Assembly (NCBI GenBank): GCA_018649885.1 | Contig: JABIHA010000073.1 | Location: 54,438 to 74,437 of the forward strand | Reading direction: 5' to 3' | DNA length: 20,000 nucleotides | From: Bacteriovoracaceae bacterium | GTDB taxonomy: Bacteria; Bdellovibrionota; Bacteriovoracia; Bacteriovoracales; Bacteriovoracaceae | Shown: positions 7,403-14,727 of the stretch, piece after piece | Layout of the letters: every line of letters starts with the position of its first letter | Position numbering within the stretch: the first letter of the stretch is position 1 | The notes under the pieces: generated by a model | Database searches by the model: none | Seen by the model: the letters and a program-made list of their open reading frames with translations, nothing else | Told to the model about the DNA's origin: nothing | Program-made: the position numbers and the translations under genes

Positions 7403-9346
7403 CTATTTATTTCTCCTAAACAGGCCTTTCCTTTCTTTCGGGGGGGCATTTGGATCTTTTGGTTTTCTCTTAAAGACCCCACCAAGAAATCCCTTCTTTT
7501 CTTTTTCGGCAGCACTACTGCTACTAGCATCCTTATCTTTTTTCTTAAATAGACCTCGAATACCTTTACTTGATCCACTGCCTCTACTAGATTTTCTCTC
7601 TGCTCTTTTATCTTTTCGGGCCTGTTTTTTGTAGTCCCTATGCTCTTGTCTTCCTTTTTTAGTGAAAACTGTTTTGCCACTTTTCTTTTTTCTATAAAAC
7701 CCTTCTTTTTCGCGCTCAGCTGCTTTATCACTTTTACGTGTACTTCGAGCAGTTTTTCTCCCTGCTCTTTTATCTTTACGAGCCTCTTTTTTGTAGCTCC
7801 TATGCGCTTTTCTTTCTTTTTTAGTGAAAACTGTTTTGCCGCTTTTCTTTTTTCTATAAAGCCCTTCTTCTTCAGCGTCATTTTTGCGAGTTGATTTTCT
7901 CTCTGCTCTCTTATCTTTACGCGCCTGTTTTTTATATTTTCTATGTGCTTTTCTTCCTTTTTTAGTGAAAACTGTTTTACCATTTTTCTTTTCCCTAAAA
8001 TTCCCTTGTGCTTCGCGCTCTTCTTCTTTGGCAAGTTTGCGACTGCTTCGATCAATTTCTCTCGACACTTTTCTTCTTGTATGTTCTGATTTCTTTGTAC
8101 CTTTAAGCCTTTTTCGCTCAGTTTTGGTATCACTACGGGCCTGCTTTCTCGCTTCAGACCTTGTCATTCCCTCGGCCCTCAGACCCTTTTTTCTATCACT
8201 CTTACTCTTGCGATTAACTCTTTTTCCAGCTTTCCTAGTAGTCCGATCTTCTACTCTTTTGGCCTTCTCACTGGTTTTTCCTGCCTTTCTCTCTAGCCTT
8301 GACAGCTTTCTATCTCCTGCACCACTTTCTACAGCATCTTGATATTTTTTCTGAGCTTTATCCCTTTTCCTGTCTGCCCGATCCCTTTTCCTAGTATGCT
8401 TTTTCTTAAAACCGAGCGACTTATTATACTTTCTCAGATCTCTTTTAGTTTCTTTAGCATTGAATTCTTTATGAGCTTTCCCTCTTTTTTCTCCACGTGC
8501 ATCTCTTTTCTCTTGAACTTTAGTCTGATAATCTGATACCTCTTCAGACTGCTCTCCATATTTTTCTTTGAGTCTGGCCAGTTTTTTCTCTTCTCTACCT
8601 TTTTTTCTAGCATGACGCTTATCCAATTTTCCCGCACGAGATTTTCTGTAACGTTTAGCCGCTTTCTTTTTCTCTTTATGACCTTCACGCTGCTCTTTTC
8701 TTGCTAGCTTTTGACCTAACTTTTTAGATCTTTTCTTTCTCCGGCCTTCTTTCGTTTTTGATTCGGCCTGCCTTGCCTCAAAATCTTCTTGTGATTCACC
8801 GTAGGCCATTACTGAATCATTCATTTTGTCATTACGGCGTTGGTTTTTAACCGCTTTTTTCGCCTTATAGGCCTTTACTTCTTCTGAATTTTCACCATAT
8901 TTGGCCTCAAGCCTTTGAACTTTTCTGTCTTGACGCCACTGTCTACGTTTTACTTTCTTTGTTTGTTTCTCAATTCCTGATTTTCTTAGCCTAGAGCTTC
9001 CCTCTTTTGTGGCCCTTTCACCATCAAAGGCACCGGACCAACCTTCGGCCCTTCGCTTTTGATCCATTTTCAATTCAGCATCTTTATATTTTTGTGAATC
9101 AGTTCCATGTTTTTCAGCAATGCGCTCTAGCCTCGCAGTATCTTTTTCAACTCCAGCTTTATATTTTTCTTTCCGTTTTTCTTGTTTTTCAAGCTCTCTC
9201 TTGTTTTGATTTTCGGTTCGAGTGGCTCTCCTAGTATCCTTTCTTTCTTGTGTCAGCTCTGCCCTTGACTGGCCTTCTTCCTCTTCTGAGGCCATTACCG
9301 GGAATGTCACCAGTAGTGCAAGTAGAAACGAAGTTAATGCTTTCAT
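7403..9346 (-). CDS. Secreted, extremely Lys/Arg-rich repeat protein (647 aa)
   Basis: AGGAG SD; signal peptide MKALTSFLLALLVTFPVMA; long charged low-complexity body with internal repeats; terminator downstream. Confidence 0.8.
   Translation of the reverse strand: MKALTSFLLALLVTFPVMASEEEEGQSRAELTQERKDTRRATRTENQNKRELEKQEKRKEKYKAGVEKDTARLERIAEKHGTDSQKYKDAELKMDQKRRAEGWSGAFDGERATKEGSSRLRKSGIEKQTKKVKRRQWRQDRKVQRLEAKYGENSEEVKAYKAKKAVKNQRRNDKMNDSVMAYGESQEDFEARQAESKTKEGRRKKRSKKLGQKLARKEQREGHKEKKKAAKRYRKSRAGKLDKRHARKKGREEKKLARLKEKYGEQSEEVSDYQTKVQEKRDARGEKRGKAHKEFNAKETKRDLRKYNKSLGFKKKHTRKRDRADRKRDKAQKKYQDAVESGAGDRKLSRLERKAGKTSEKAKRVEDRTTRKAGKRVNRKSKSDRKKGLRAEGMTRSEARKQARSDTKTERKRLKGTKKSEHTRRKVSREIDRSSRKLAKEEEREAQGNFREKKNGKTVFTKKGRKAHRKYKKQARKDKRAERKSTRKNDAEEEGLYRKKKSGKTVFTKKERKAHRSYKKEARKDKRAGRKTARSTRKSDKAAEREKEGFYRKKKSGKTVFTKKGRQEHRDYKKQARKDKRAERKSSRGSGSSKGIRGLFKKKDKDASSSSAAEKEKKGFLGGVFKRKPKDPNAPPKERKGLFRRNK
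7590..8010 (-). repeat. Three intragenic tandem repeats (G.YRKKKSGKTVFTKK.R..HR.YKK.ARKDKRA.RK); boundaries approximate
   Basis: AGTGAAAACTGTTTT begins at 7661, 7823 and 7964 (periods 162 and 141 bp, i.e. 54 and 47 codons). Confidence 0.9.
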
Positions 9347-9356
9347 GATTTTGCTC

Positions 9357-9476
9357 CTATTTAAATTTATTGTTGAATTTAGAATATAATTTAAGACTAA
9401 TAGACATACCCATTAGAGAGCTATTTTCCACCAGAACATGGTTTAATTTATCCATATAAGCCATTTTAAATTTCAA
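9357..9476 (-). CDS. Putative 39-aa small ORF / leader peptide (MKFKMAYMDKLNHVLVENSSLMGMSISLKLYSKFNNKFK)
   Basis: GGGGGAG SD at 9483-9489, 6 nt before TTG; its TAG stop overlaps the TAGGAG SD of the 647-aa gene. Confidence 0.35.
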   Translation of the reverse strand: MKFKMAYMDKLNHVLVENSSLMGMSISLKLYSKFNNKFK

Positions 9477-9515
9477 AAAAAACTCCCCCAGCAAACAAAT
9501 ATGTTTCGTGTACTA

Positions 9516-9543
9516 TTATCGTCAAGTTTAAGGGATAGATTTA
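9516..9543 (-). promoter_or_regulatory. Possible sigma28 (FliA) promoter
   Basis: TAAA-N16-GACGATAA versus consensus TAAA-N15-GCCGATAA. Confidence 0.35.
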
Positions 9544-9705
9544 AGTCTATTATCGAATTTGCTTTAAATTCAATAATTTAAAACTCAAAGTTCTCAAATT
9601 GATTTAATATCAGATGCCAATAATGCCGGTAATTTAAAAAAACATAAAAGTGAATACATATTTTTTATTGAGGGTCGAAAGTCGTGGAGCTTAAAGAAAT
9701 ATTAT

Positions 9706-10500
9706 TTACTTCAGAAAAAAGAAAATGAAAACAACTAAGACAAGACGGTAAACACCTAAACAGAGCATCAGTTTTTCGCTAAAAAAGTGCTTCAATAATG
9801 AAAGACCAACAACTCCAGAGAATGTGCAAACCCCGACGCCTATAAAGTATTCAGAATAGGACATTAGGGGAAGCCCCTTTAAAGTACTAAAGATTGCGTT
9901 CCCCAGTAACAAGGGAAAAAGAGTCATGACAGAAACGATGACGGCCTTCTTATCACTCACGCCTTTCCACCATAAATAAGAAAAAACTAAGCTCTGCCTA
10001 CCTGCTCCTGGAATAATTTGAAAACACTGAAACAACCCCAGCATCAAACCTGACTTAAAATTAAACGTAAGAGTTGTCTTTTTAACTCCTGTTATAAAGA
10101 AGAAAAAGCTAAGTGTAAAAACGAGTGTAATCACTCCAATTTCCAAATGAGTATAGACTCGATCTAAAACTGGCTTCATAAAAAGGCCAAAGACCACACC
10201 TACTGGTATAAGACTGGCCGCTAAAAAATAGAGAAAATCAATTTTTGGTTTACTGGTAGTACTAAACTCATCAATGACTGCCAGTGTATAAGATTTGTTA
10301 AAAAGTAAAAAAATTGAAACCGCAAGAAAAGCCCCCATACCAAGTGGGGCCATAACCAAAGGAACAATTTTTGGGTGATCAAAGTAACGGCCTAAAGCAT
10401 ATAAGTGTGCACTTGCTGCCACAGGTAGAAATTCAACAATGCCGTAGGTAAGTCCGTAGACTGCTCTTTCTAATATTGGATTCATATCACTATTAAACAC
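9706..10500 (-). CDS. Undecaprenyl-diphosphatase (UppP/BacA) family protein with a degenerate active site
   Basis: GIVEFLPVAASAHL and GLFQCFQIIPGAGR motifs; polytopic membrane pattern; start codon uncertain. Confidence 0.8.
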   Translation of the reverse strand: MFNSDMNPILERAVYGLTYGIVEFLPVAASAHLYALGRYFDHPKIVPLVMAPLGMGAFLAVSIFLLFNKSYTLAVIDEFSTTSKPKIDFLYFLAASLIPVGVVFGLFMKPVLDRVYTHLEIGVITLVFTLSFFFFITGVKKTTLTFNFKSGLMLGLFQCFQIIPGAGRQSLVFSYLWWKGVSDKKAVIVSVMTLFPLLLGNAIFSTLKGLPLMSYSEYFIGVGVCTFSGVVGLSLLKHFFSEKLMLCLGVYRLVLVVFIFFFLK

Positions 10501-10515
10501 TGATTAGGTTGAACT

Positions 10516-11946
10516 TCAAAGGCCTTTTTTATACTTACTGACTATACAACAATTTCTCCCAGACTCCTTGGCCTGATAAAGATTTTTGTCAGCGGATTCA
10601 ATAAATGGTTTGACGTCACAATCACTGCCTAAGTTCATGTCACATTTATCGATACTTACGCCCCCAAGGCTGAGTGTAACACTTAAGTGATTTTCTGGAG
10701 TATTTATATCATCTACAAGGCAGTCTTCAACACCTTGCCTCACTTTTTCCATCACAACACCTATGCCTTCAAGGCCAGTTTGGGGTAAGAATATCACAAA
10801 CTCTTCGCCTCCATAGCGGGCCACAAAATCACTTGTGCGGACACATTTTTTTAAGGTGGCGGCCACTGCCCGAAGAACCTGATCACCTTGCTGATGGCCA
10901 TAGGTATCATTAAATTTTTTAAAAAAATCGATATCGCAAATGACCAGTCCCAACTCATATCCATAGCGAAATGATCTTTGAACCTCAGATTTAAATGAAT
11001 TAGAAAAAGATCTGTAATTATTTAACCCAGTCATTTCATCGTGCAAGGCAAGTACTGAAAGCTCTTCTTTTTTTTGCCTTTGATCTTGGTATTTATTTGC
11101 AAGCTCTCTTTCTAAACTTACACTGTGAAGATGAATAATCCACCTAGGTCTTGAGGTCCCTGAAGCCGGGTCTCTAATGATTTGTATTTGGATATGACCT
11201 GCTTCCCCTTTAGAGTTTTTATAGGCCATCTCCTCATAAAGCTTAACCTCATCTTTTCCTTCATTCCCACCGGGCATGCAATATAAGCTTTGATTAGCGA
11301 AGTTGATTACGTCATAACAATAAGGTTTCTTTTTTCTGACTCTCTTTGTTGAAACTCCAAGAATAGCTGCTGCAGATTCATTGACACAGATAATTTCTCT
11401 ATGCTGGCCAACAATAACAACACCATCAAATGTGTTATCGAAAACAACATATCTATTGAGGTCAGACTCAGGCAGGAATTGAAAATACGTCGTTACATTT
11501 CCATCAAATCCATAAGACTTTCCTTCAATTTCAACTGACCAAGACTCAAAATCAGGCATCACCTCCAAACGATGAAAATCAACGCCCGAAGTAATTTTGT
11601 ACTTTCTTTTTTCAGTCAACTCACTGGAAATAACAGGTATATAATAAGACTCAATCTCAATAGATTCACATAGGGCCTCAGGATTTTGATTGAAAAAATG
11701 CACCAGCTGAATTGGGCAATTTTCATAAATAAGTATATGTTCACCGCTTTGTGAAAACTTCTTTAATTTTAACCAAATATTAAGATTATGGGCATCACAA
11801 AAATCGATTTTATAGTCTTCAAAGTCTAAGATGATTTTCCCACCAGCCTGCAGCTGTGAGCACAGGCGATCGAACTCAGCTTCACAAAAAGGAGAGATCC
11901 TAATTTCAGTAAAATTCACATCTTTTTCTTTTAAGGACTGTCCCAT
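10516..11946 (-). CDS. Diguanylate cyclase: STAS-like N-domain, PAS, GGDEF
   Basis: HDEMTGLNN, DIDFFKKFNDTYGHQQGD, RTSD I-site and RYGGEEF A-site; PAS start FDNTFDGVVIV..VNESAAAILG. Confidence 0.92.
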   Translation of the reverse strand: MGQSLKEKDVNFTEIRISPFCEAEFDRLCSQLQAGGKIILDFEDYKIDFCDAHNLNIWLKLKKFSQSGEHILIYENCPIQLVHFFNQNPEALCESIEIESYYIPVISSELTEKRKYKITSGVDFHRLEVMPDFESWSVEIEGKSYGFDGNVTTYFQFLPESDLNRYVVFDNTFDGVVIVGQHREIICVNESAAAILGVSTKRVRKKKPYCYDVINFANQSLYCMPGGNEGKDEVKLYEEMAYKNSKGEAGHIQIQIIRDPASGTSRPRWIIHLHSVSLERELANKYQDQRQKKEELSVLALHDEMTGLNNYRSFSNSFKSEVQRSFRYGYELGLVICDIDFFKKFNDTYGHQQGDQVLRAVAATLKKCVRTSDFVARYGGEEFVIFLPQTGLEGIGVVMEKVRQGVEDCLVDDINTPENHLSVTLSLGGVSIDKCDMNLGSDCDVKPFIESADKNLYQAKESGRNCCIVSKYKKGL

Positions 11947-12030
11947 TTTGTTTCCCTCAAATTTAGATATATTCTTTTCGGAAAAAAAAATAAGAATTCA
12001 AGAGCGCCCTGAGAGCGATTTCAATAAATT

Positions 12031-13056
12031 TTATTGCCAGTGAACCACCACTTTTCCCATTGATTTACGCTGTCCGAGATAGTCATGGGCCTTAGGAAGC
12101 TCCTCAATGCTAAACTCTCCTCCCACATGTGGTCTTAAGATGCCCTTCTCATAATAATCGACAACACCTTTGAGGCATCTTTCCAATACATTTTGTTTGT
12201 GGTCAGAAACTTGAAGCATATTTACCCCAATCATACTTTGTGAGGCCATCAGTAACTGAGCTGGGTGATAAAGACCAAAGCCCAGGCCCTCTTTTACTGT
12301 CCTAAAAATATTAAATTTTGAGCCTGACATACTTGAAGCACCAAGGCCTATGATTTTTCCGCATATGGATAAAAGTGAATACCCTTTTTTAAAGGCCACT
12401 CCTCCCAGGCTATCAATGACAATATCAAGTGGTCTGGCCCCCCACCTAGACTCTATATACTCTTTGAAATCGTATTTTTTATAATCAATTGCGTGATGGA
12501 CACCTAACTCTTTAATAAACTCACACTTTTTTTCTCCACCGGCCGTGCCCCAAATTTCTAGGCCATGATGAGTAGCAAGTTGAACGAGTCCAATGCCCAC
12601 ACCGCCGGCAGCTGCTTGGATTAATATCTTATCGCCCTTGTGCACTCTCATGGCCTCTTCAATACAATAATAGGCAGTAGTAAATTGTGTTGCCAGGGCA
12701 CAAGATTCTGCAGAACTAGCAGCATCTGGTATTTTAACTGCCCCACGAAAGCTAACTTTGGCCTTTTTGGCATAGCCCCCAAAGCGAGTAAAGGCGACTA
12801 CCCTATCACCAACTTTAAGATCCACAACATCTGCTCCCACCTGATAAATTTTTCCTACGACTTCATAACCTATAACAGATGGAAGAGGAGGTGCGTCGCG
12901 GTAATGCCCTTGTCTTGCCATAACATCGGCAAAGTTAAGCCCTGATGTTTCCACATCAATTCCAACCTCATCACTTTCAATGATTGGGTCATCAATCTCC
13001 CTCATTTGAAAGGCCTCAAGAGAATTTGTATTTTTTATTAGCACCATCGCTTTCAT
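12031..13056 (-). CDS. NADPH:quinone oxidoreductase-like MDR, VAT-1-like
   Basis: GLNFADVMARQG, GYEVVG, AAAGGVG nucleotide-binding motif, GKVVV C-terminus; GGAG SD. Confidence 0.9.
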   Translation of the reverse strand: MKAMVLIKNTNSLEAFQMREIDDPIIESDEVGIDVETSGLNFADVMARQGHYRDAPPLPSVIGYEVVGKIYQVGADVVDLKVGDRVVAFTRFGGYAKKAKVSFRGAVKIPDAASSAESCALATQFTTAYYCIEEAMRVHKGDKILIQAAAGGVGIGLVQLATHHGLEIWGTAGGEKKCEFIKELGVHHAIDYKKYDFKEYIESRWGARPLDIVIDSLGGVAFKKGYSLLSICGKIIGLGASSMSGSKFNIFRTVKEGLGFGLYHPAQLLMASQSMIGVNMLQVSDHKQNVLERCLKGVVDYYEKGILRPHVGGEFSIEELPKAHDYLGQRKSMGKVVVHWQ

Positions 13057-13118
13057 AGCTGCTCCGTTGTATTCAATTTGATCTCCTATTAAGTATAGTT
13101 AGCTCAGAGGGAAAGGCC

Positions 13119-13733
13119 ATGTCATATTTTCGATTTTTTTTAATCATAACGTTACCTTTATGGGCAAGCTGTTCATTATTTGAGACTAAAACTCCACTAG
13201 AAAAATCCTATCTAACAGGAGAGGGAGTTGCGCCAAACATCAAGCTAGAAGATGTCCAGAAGGCCTTAACAAGAAGTAATTTGGTTGGTCTTGGGACCTT
13301 CAGGACCCATATCTATCCAATTACCCCTGCAATCACGGCACTAGGGCCTAAGCTTTTAACAAAAACCCAGGCAAACTCCAGCTGCTTTCAAATGGAGATC
13401 TCAGTAATTGGTGAAATCAAAGCAGCACTTTTAGAGTTTTGGCAACTACGACTTCAAGACAAAAACGGCGAATTTTACGATCTGAAATTCACTGAAGAAG
13501 ATCTGAAAAAATCTCCTAGTAAAACATTGGTCAATGCATACTGGGGTAAGCAAAAAAATTACCACAACAAAGGAATTGCCTGCGTCGGCCACATCATTGA
13601 CTGGAAAGATGGATTTATTGTGACAATCGATCCCAAAGAAATGCCATGGTTGATGCACCAAAAAATTGCCTTCAAGTGGACAATTGACCCCGCAGAAAAA
13701 GTCATTAATTATCAAGATTATCGCCGCTACTAG
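13119..13733 (+). CDS. Hypothetical lipoprotein
   Basis: Hydrophobic signal followed by LWAS-C lipobox-like site (Cys18); GAGGGA SD. Confidence 0.65.
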   Translation: MSYFRFFLIITLPLWASCSLFETKTPLEKSYLTGEGVAPNIKLEDVQKALTRSNLVGLGTFRTHIYPITPAITALGPKLLTKTQANSSCFQMEISVIGEIKAALLEFWQLRLQDKNGEFYDLKFTEEDLKKSPSKTLVNAYWGKQKNYHNKGIACVGHIIDWKDGFIVTIDPKEMPWLMHQKIAFKWTIDPAEKVINYQDYRRY

Positions 13734-13747
13734 AGAGTTCTTAGATT

Positions 13748-14506
13748 TTATTTGGGTATACTAATTTGCTCTAAATTTTCTATTAATACCCTCTGATCAA
13801 ATAGGATCAATATTCCAGAAGGACCATGGGCCCGAGTTTTGAGTAGTTGAATGGTCCCCACAAACTCACCGCCAAATACAATGGGAAATCTCACTCCAAA
13901 TAATTTCTGCCCGTGAAAGCGCCAGTCCCCTTGATAAAATACTCCAAAGATCCTCTTTTCATAGTCAAGATAGAAATCTCTCATGGGGATTTCAGAAAAA
14001 CGGCTTCCACCTAATTCATAAAATTTTCGACCCTTTAAAAAGCGAGGAAATCCTCTTCCTGGAAAAGGAGTTATTCTTTTAAAGTTTTTATAGAAATAAA
14101 AATCATCATCATGAATAGTCATGTAAATGGCCTTGTCCACACCTCCTGTCCCCACAGCAATGGAAGATCCTTTAGAATTAGAAAGGGTGTCACTGGAGAG
14201 ATCTAATTTATTAAATAGGGGGGATTCAATTTTCAATTTAAGATACCTCCCAATTTTTTGCCCTCCAATAAGGGCCATCTCAATTTTAAAATACTTGTCC
14301 TGATTTTTTTTAATACCTTTTTTAATTTCGCTTTTTAAATCAACCTTGTATTTTTTCAAACAGTCGTTAAGCTCAGCTATGCATCTGATGTTGAAATGCT
14401 GTTCAGAGCATTCAAAATATTTTTTCTCACACATCTTTTTATAGTCCCGAGAAAAGGCAAAAGCTTGTGTGAAAAGAAAAAATACAATCCAAAGCACCGA
14501 GCGCAA
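13748..14506 (-). CDS. Hypothetical secreted protein (probable TTG start at 14506 rather than 14587)
   Basis: AGGAGG at 14511-14516 just upstream of TTG; signal peptide ..VLWIVFFLFTQAFA; four N-terminal Cys. Confidence 0.6.
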   Translation of the reverse strand: MRSVLWIVFFLFTQAFAFSRDYKKMCEKKYFECSEQHFNIRCIAELNDCLKKYKVDLKSEIKKGIKKNQDKYFKIEMALIGGQKIGRYLKLKIESPLFNKLDLSSDTLSNSKGSSIAVGTGGVDKAIYMTIHDDDFYFYKNFKRITPFPGRGFPRFLKGRKFYELGGSRFSEIPMRDFYLDYEKRIFGVFYQGDWRFHGQKLFGVRFPIVFGGEFVGTIQLLKTRAHGPSGILILFDQRVLIENLEQISIPK

Positions 14507-14620
14507 AGCTCCTCCTGATTTGATGGGCAAATTTTTCCTACCAACCCATCGCCATATAAAGGCCTTTGATTTAAGAGTTAATAACAACAGTACTCGCCTC
14601 TAAGTAGTTGTTTTTATGTA

Positions 14621-14689
14621 TTTGTATCCCATATACCAGCCCCATTTTTCACTTTGCCCCTTGACGGGCCGTGGTTTGCATCCAACTTA
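14621..14689 (+). promoter_or_regulatory. One or two sigma32 (RpoH)-like heat-shock promoters for clpB
   Basis: TTTGTA-N13-CCCCAT (14621-14645) and CTTGAC-N15-TCCAACTTA (14660-14689) versus consensus CTTGAA-N13/15-CCCCATNTA. Confidence 0.4.
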
Positions 14690-14727
14690 ATAGGGAGATA
14701 ACTGATCCCTTTTTTAAGGAGAGATAT

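Noticed and set aside
7655..7980. CRISPR-like repeats (TTTTAGTGAAAACTGTTTT x3)
   Set aside because: In-frame coding repeats with 141/162-bp periods and homologous intervening sequence; no cas genes
7396..8133. 245-aa alternative-frame ORF and other antisense ORFs over the polycationic gene
   Set aside because: Shadow frames of a purine-rich repetitive gene; no evidence of independent initiation
9347..9705. c-di-GMP riboswitch in the long intergenic region
   Set aside because: No GEMM motif (GCAAAC..GAAA..GACGCAAA) on the relevant strand
11973..12001. Sigma28-like promoter upstream of the diguanylate cyclase (TGAA..CCGAAAAG)
   Set aside because: Spacing and -35 element are imperfect; too weak to call
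14588..14614. CIRCE element upstream of clpB
   Set aside because: ACAGTACTC-N9-TAGTTGTTT has too many mismatches to TTAGCACTC-N9-GAGTGCTAA
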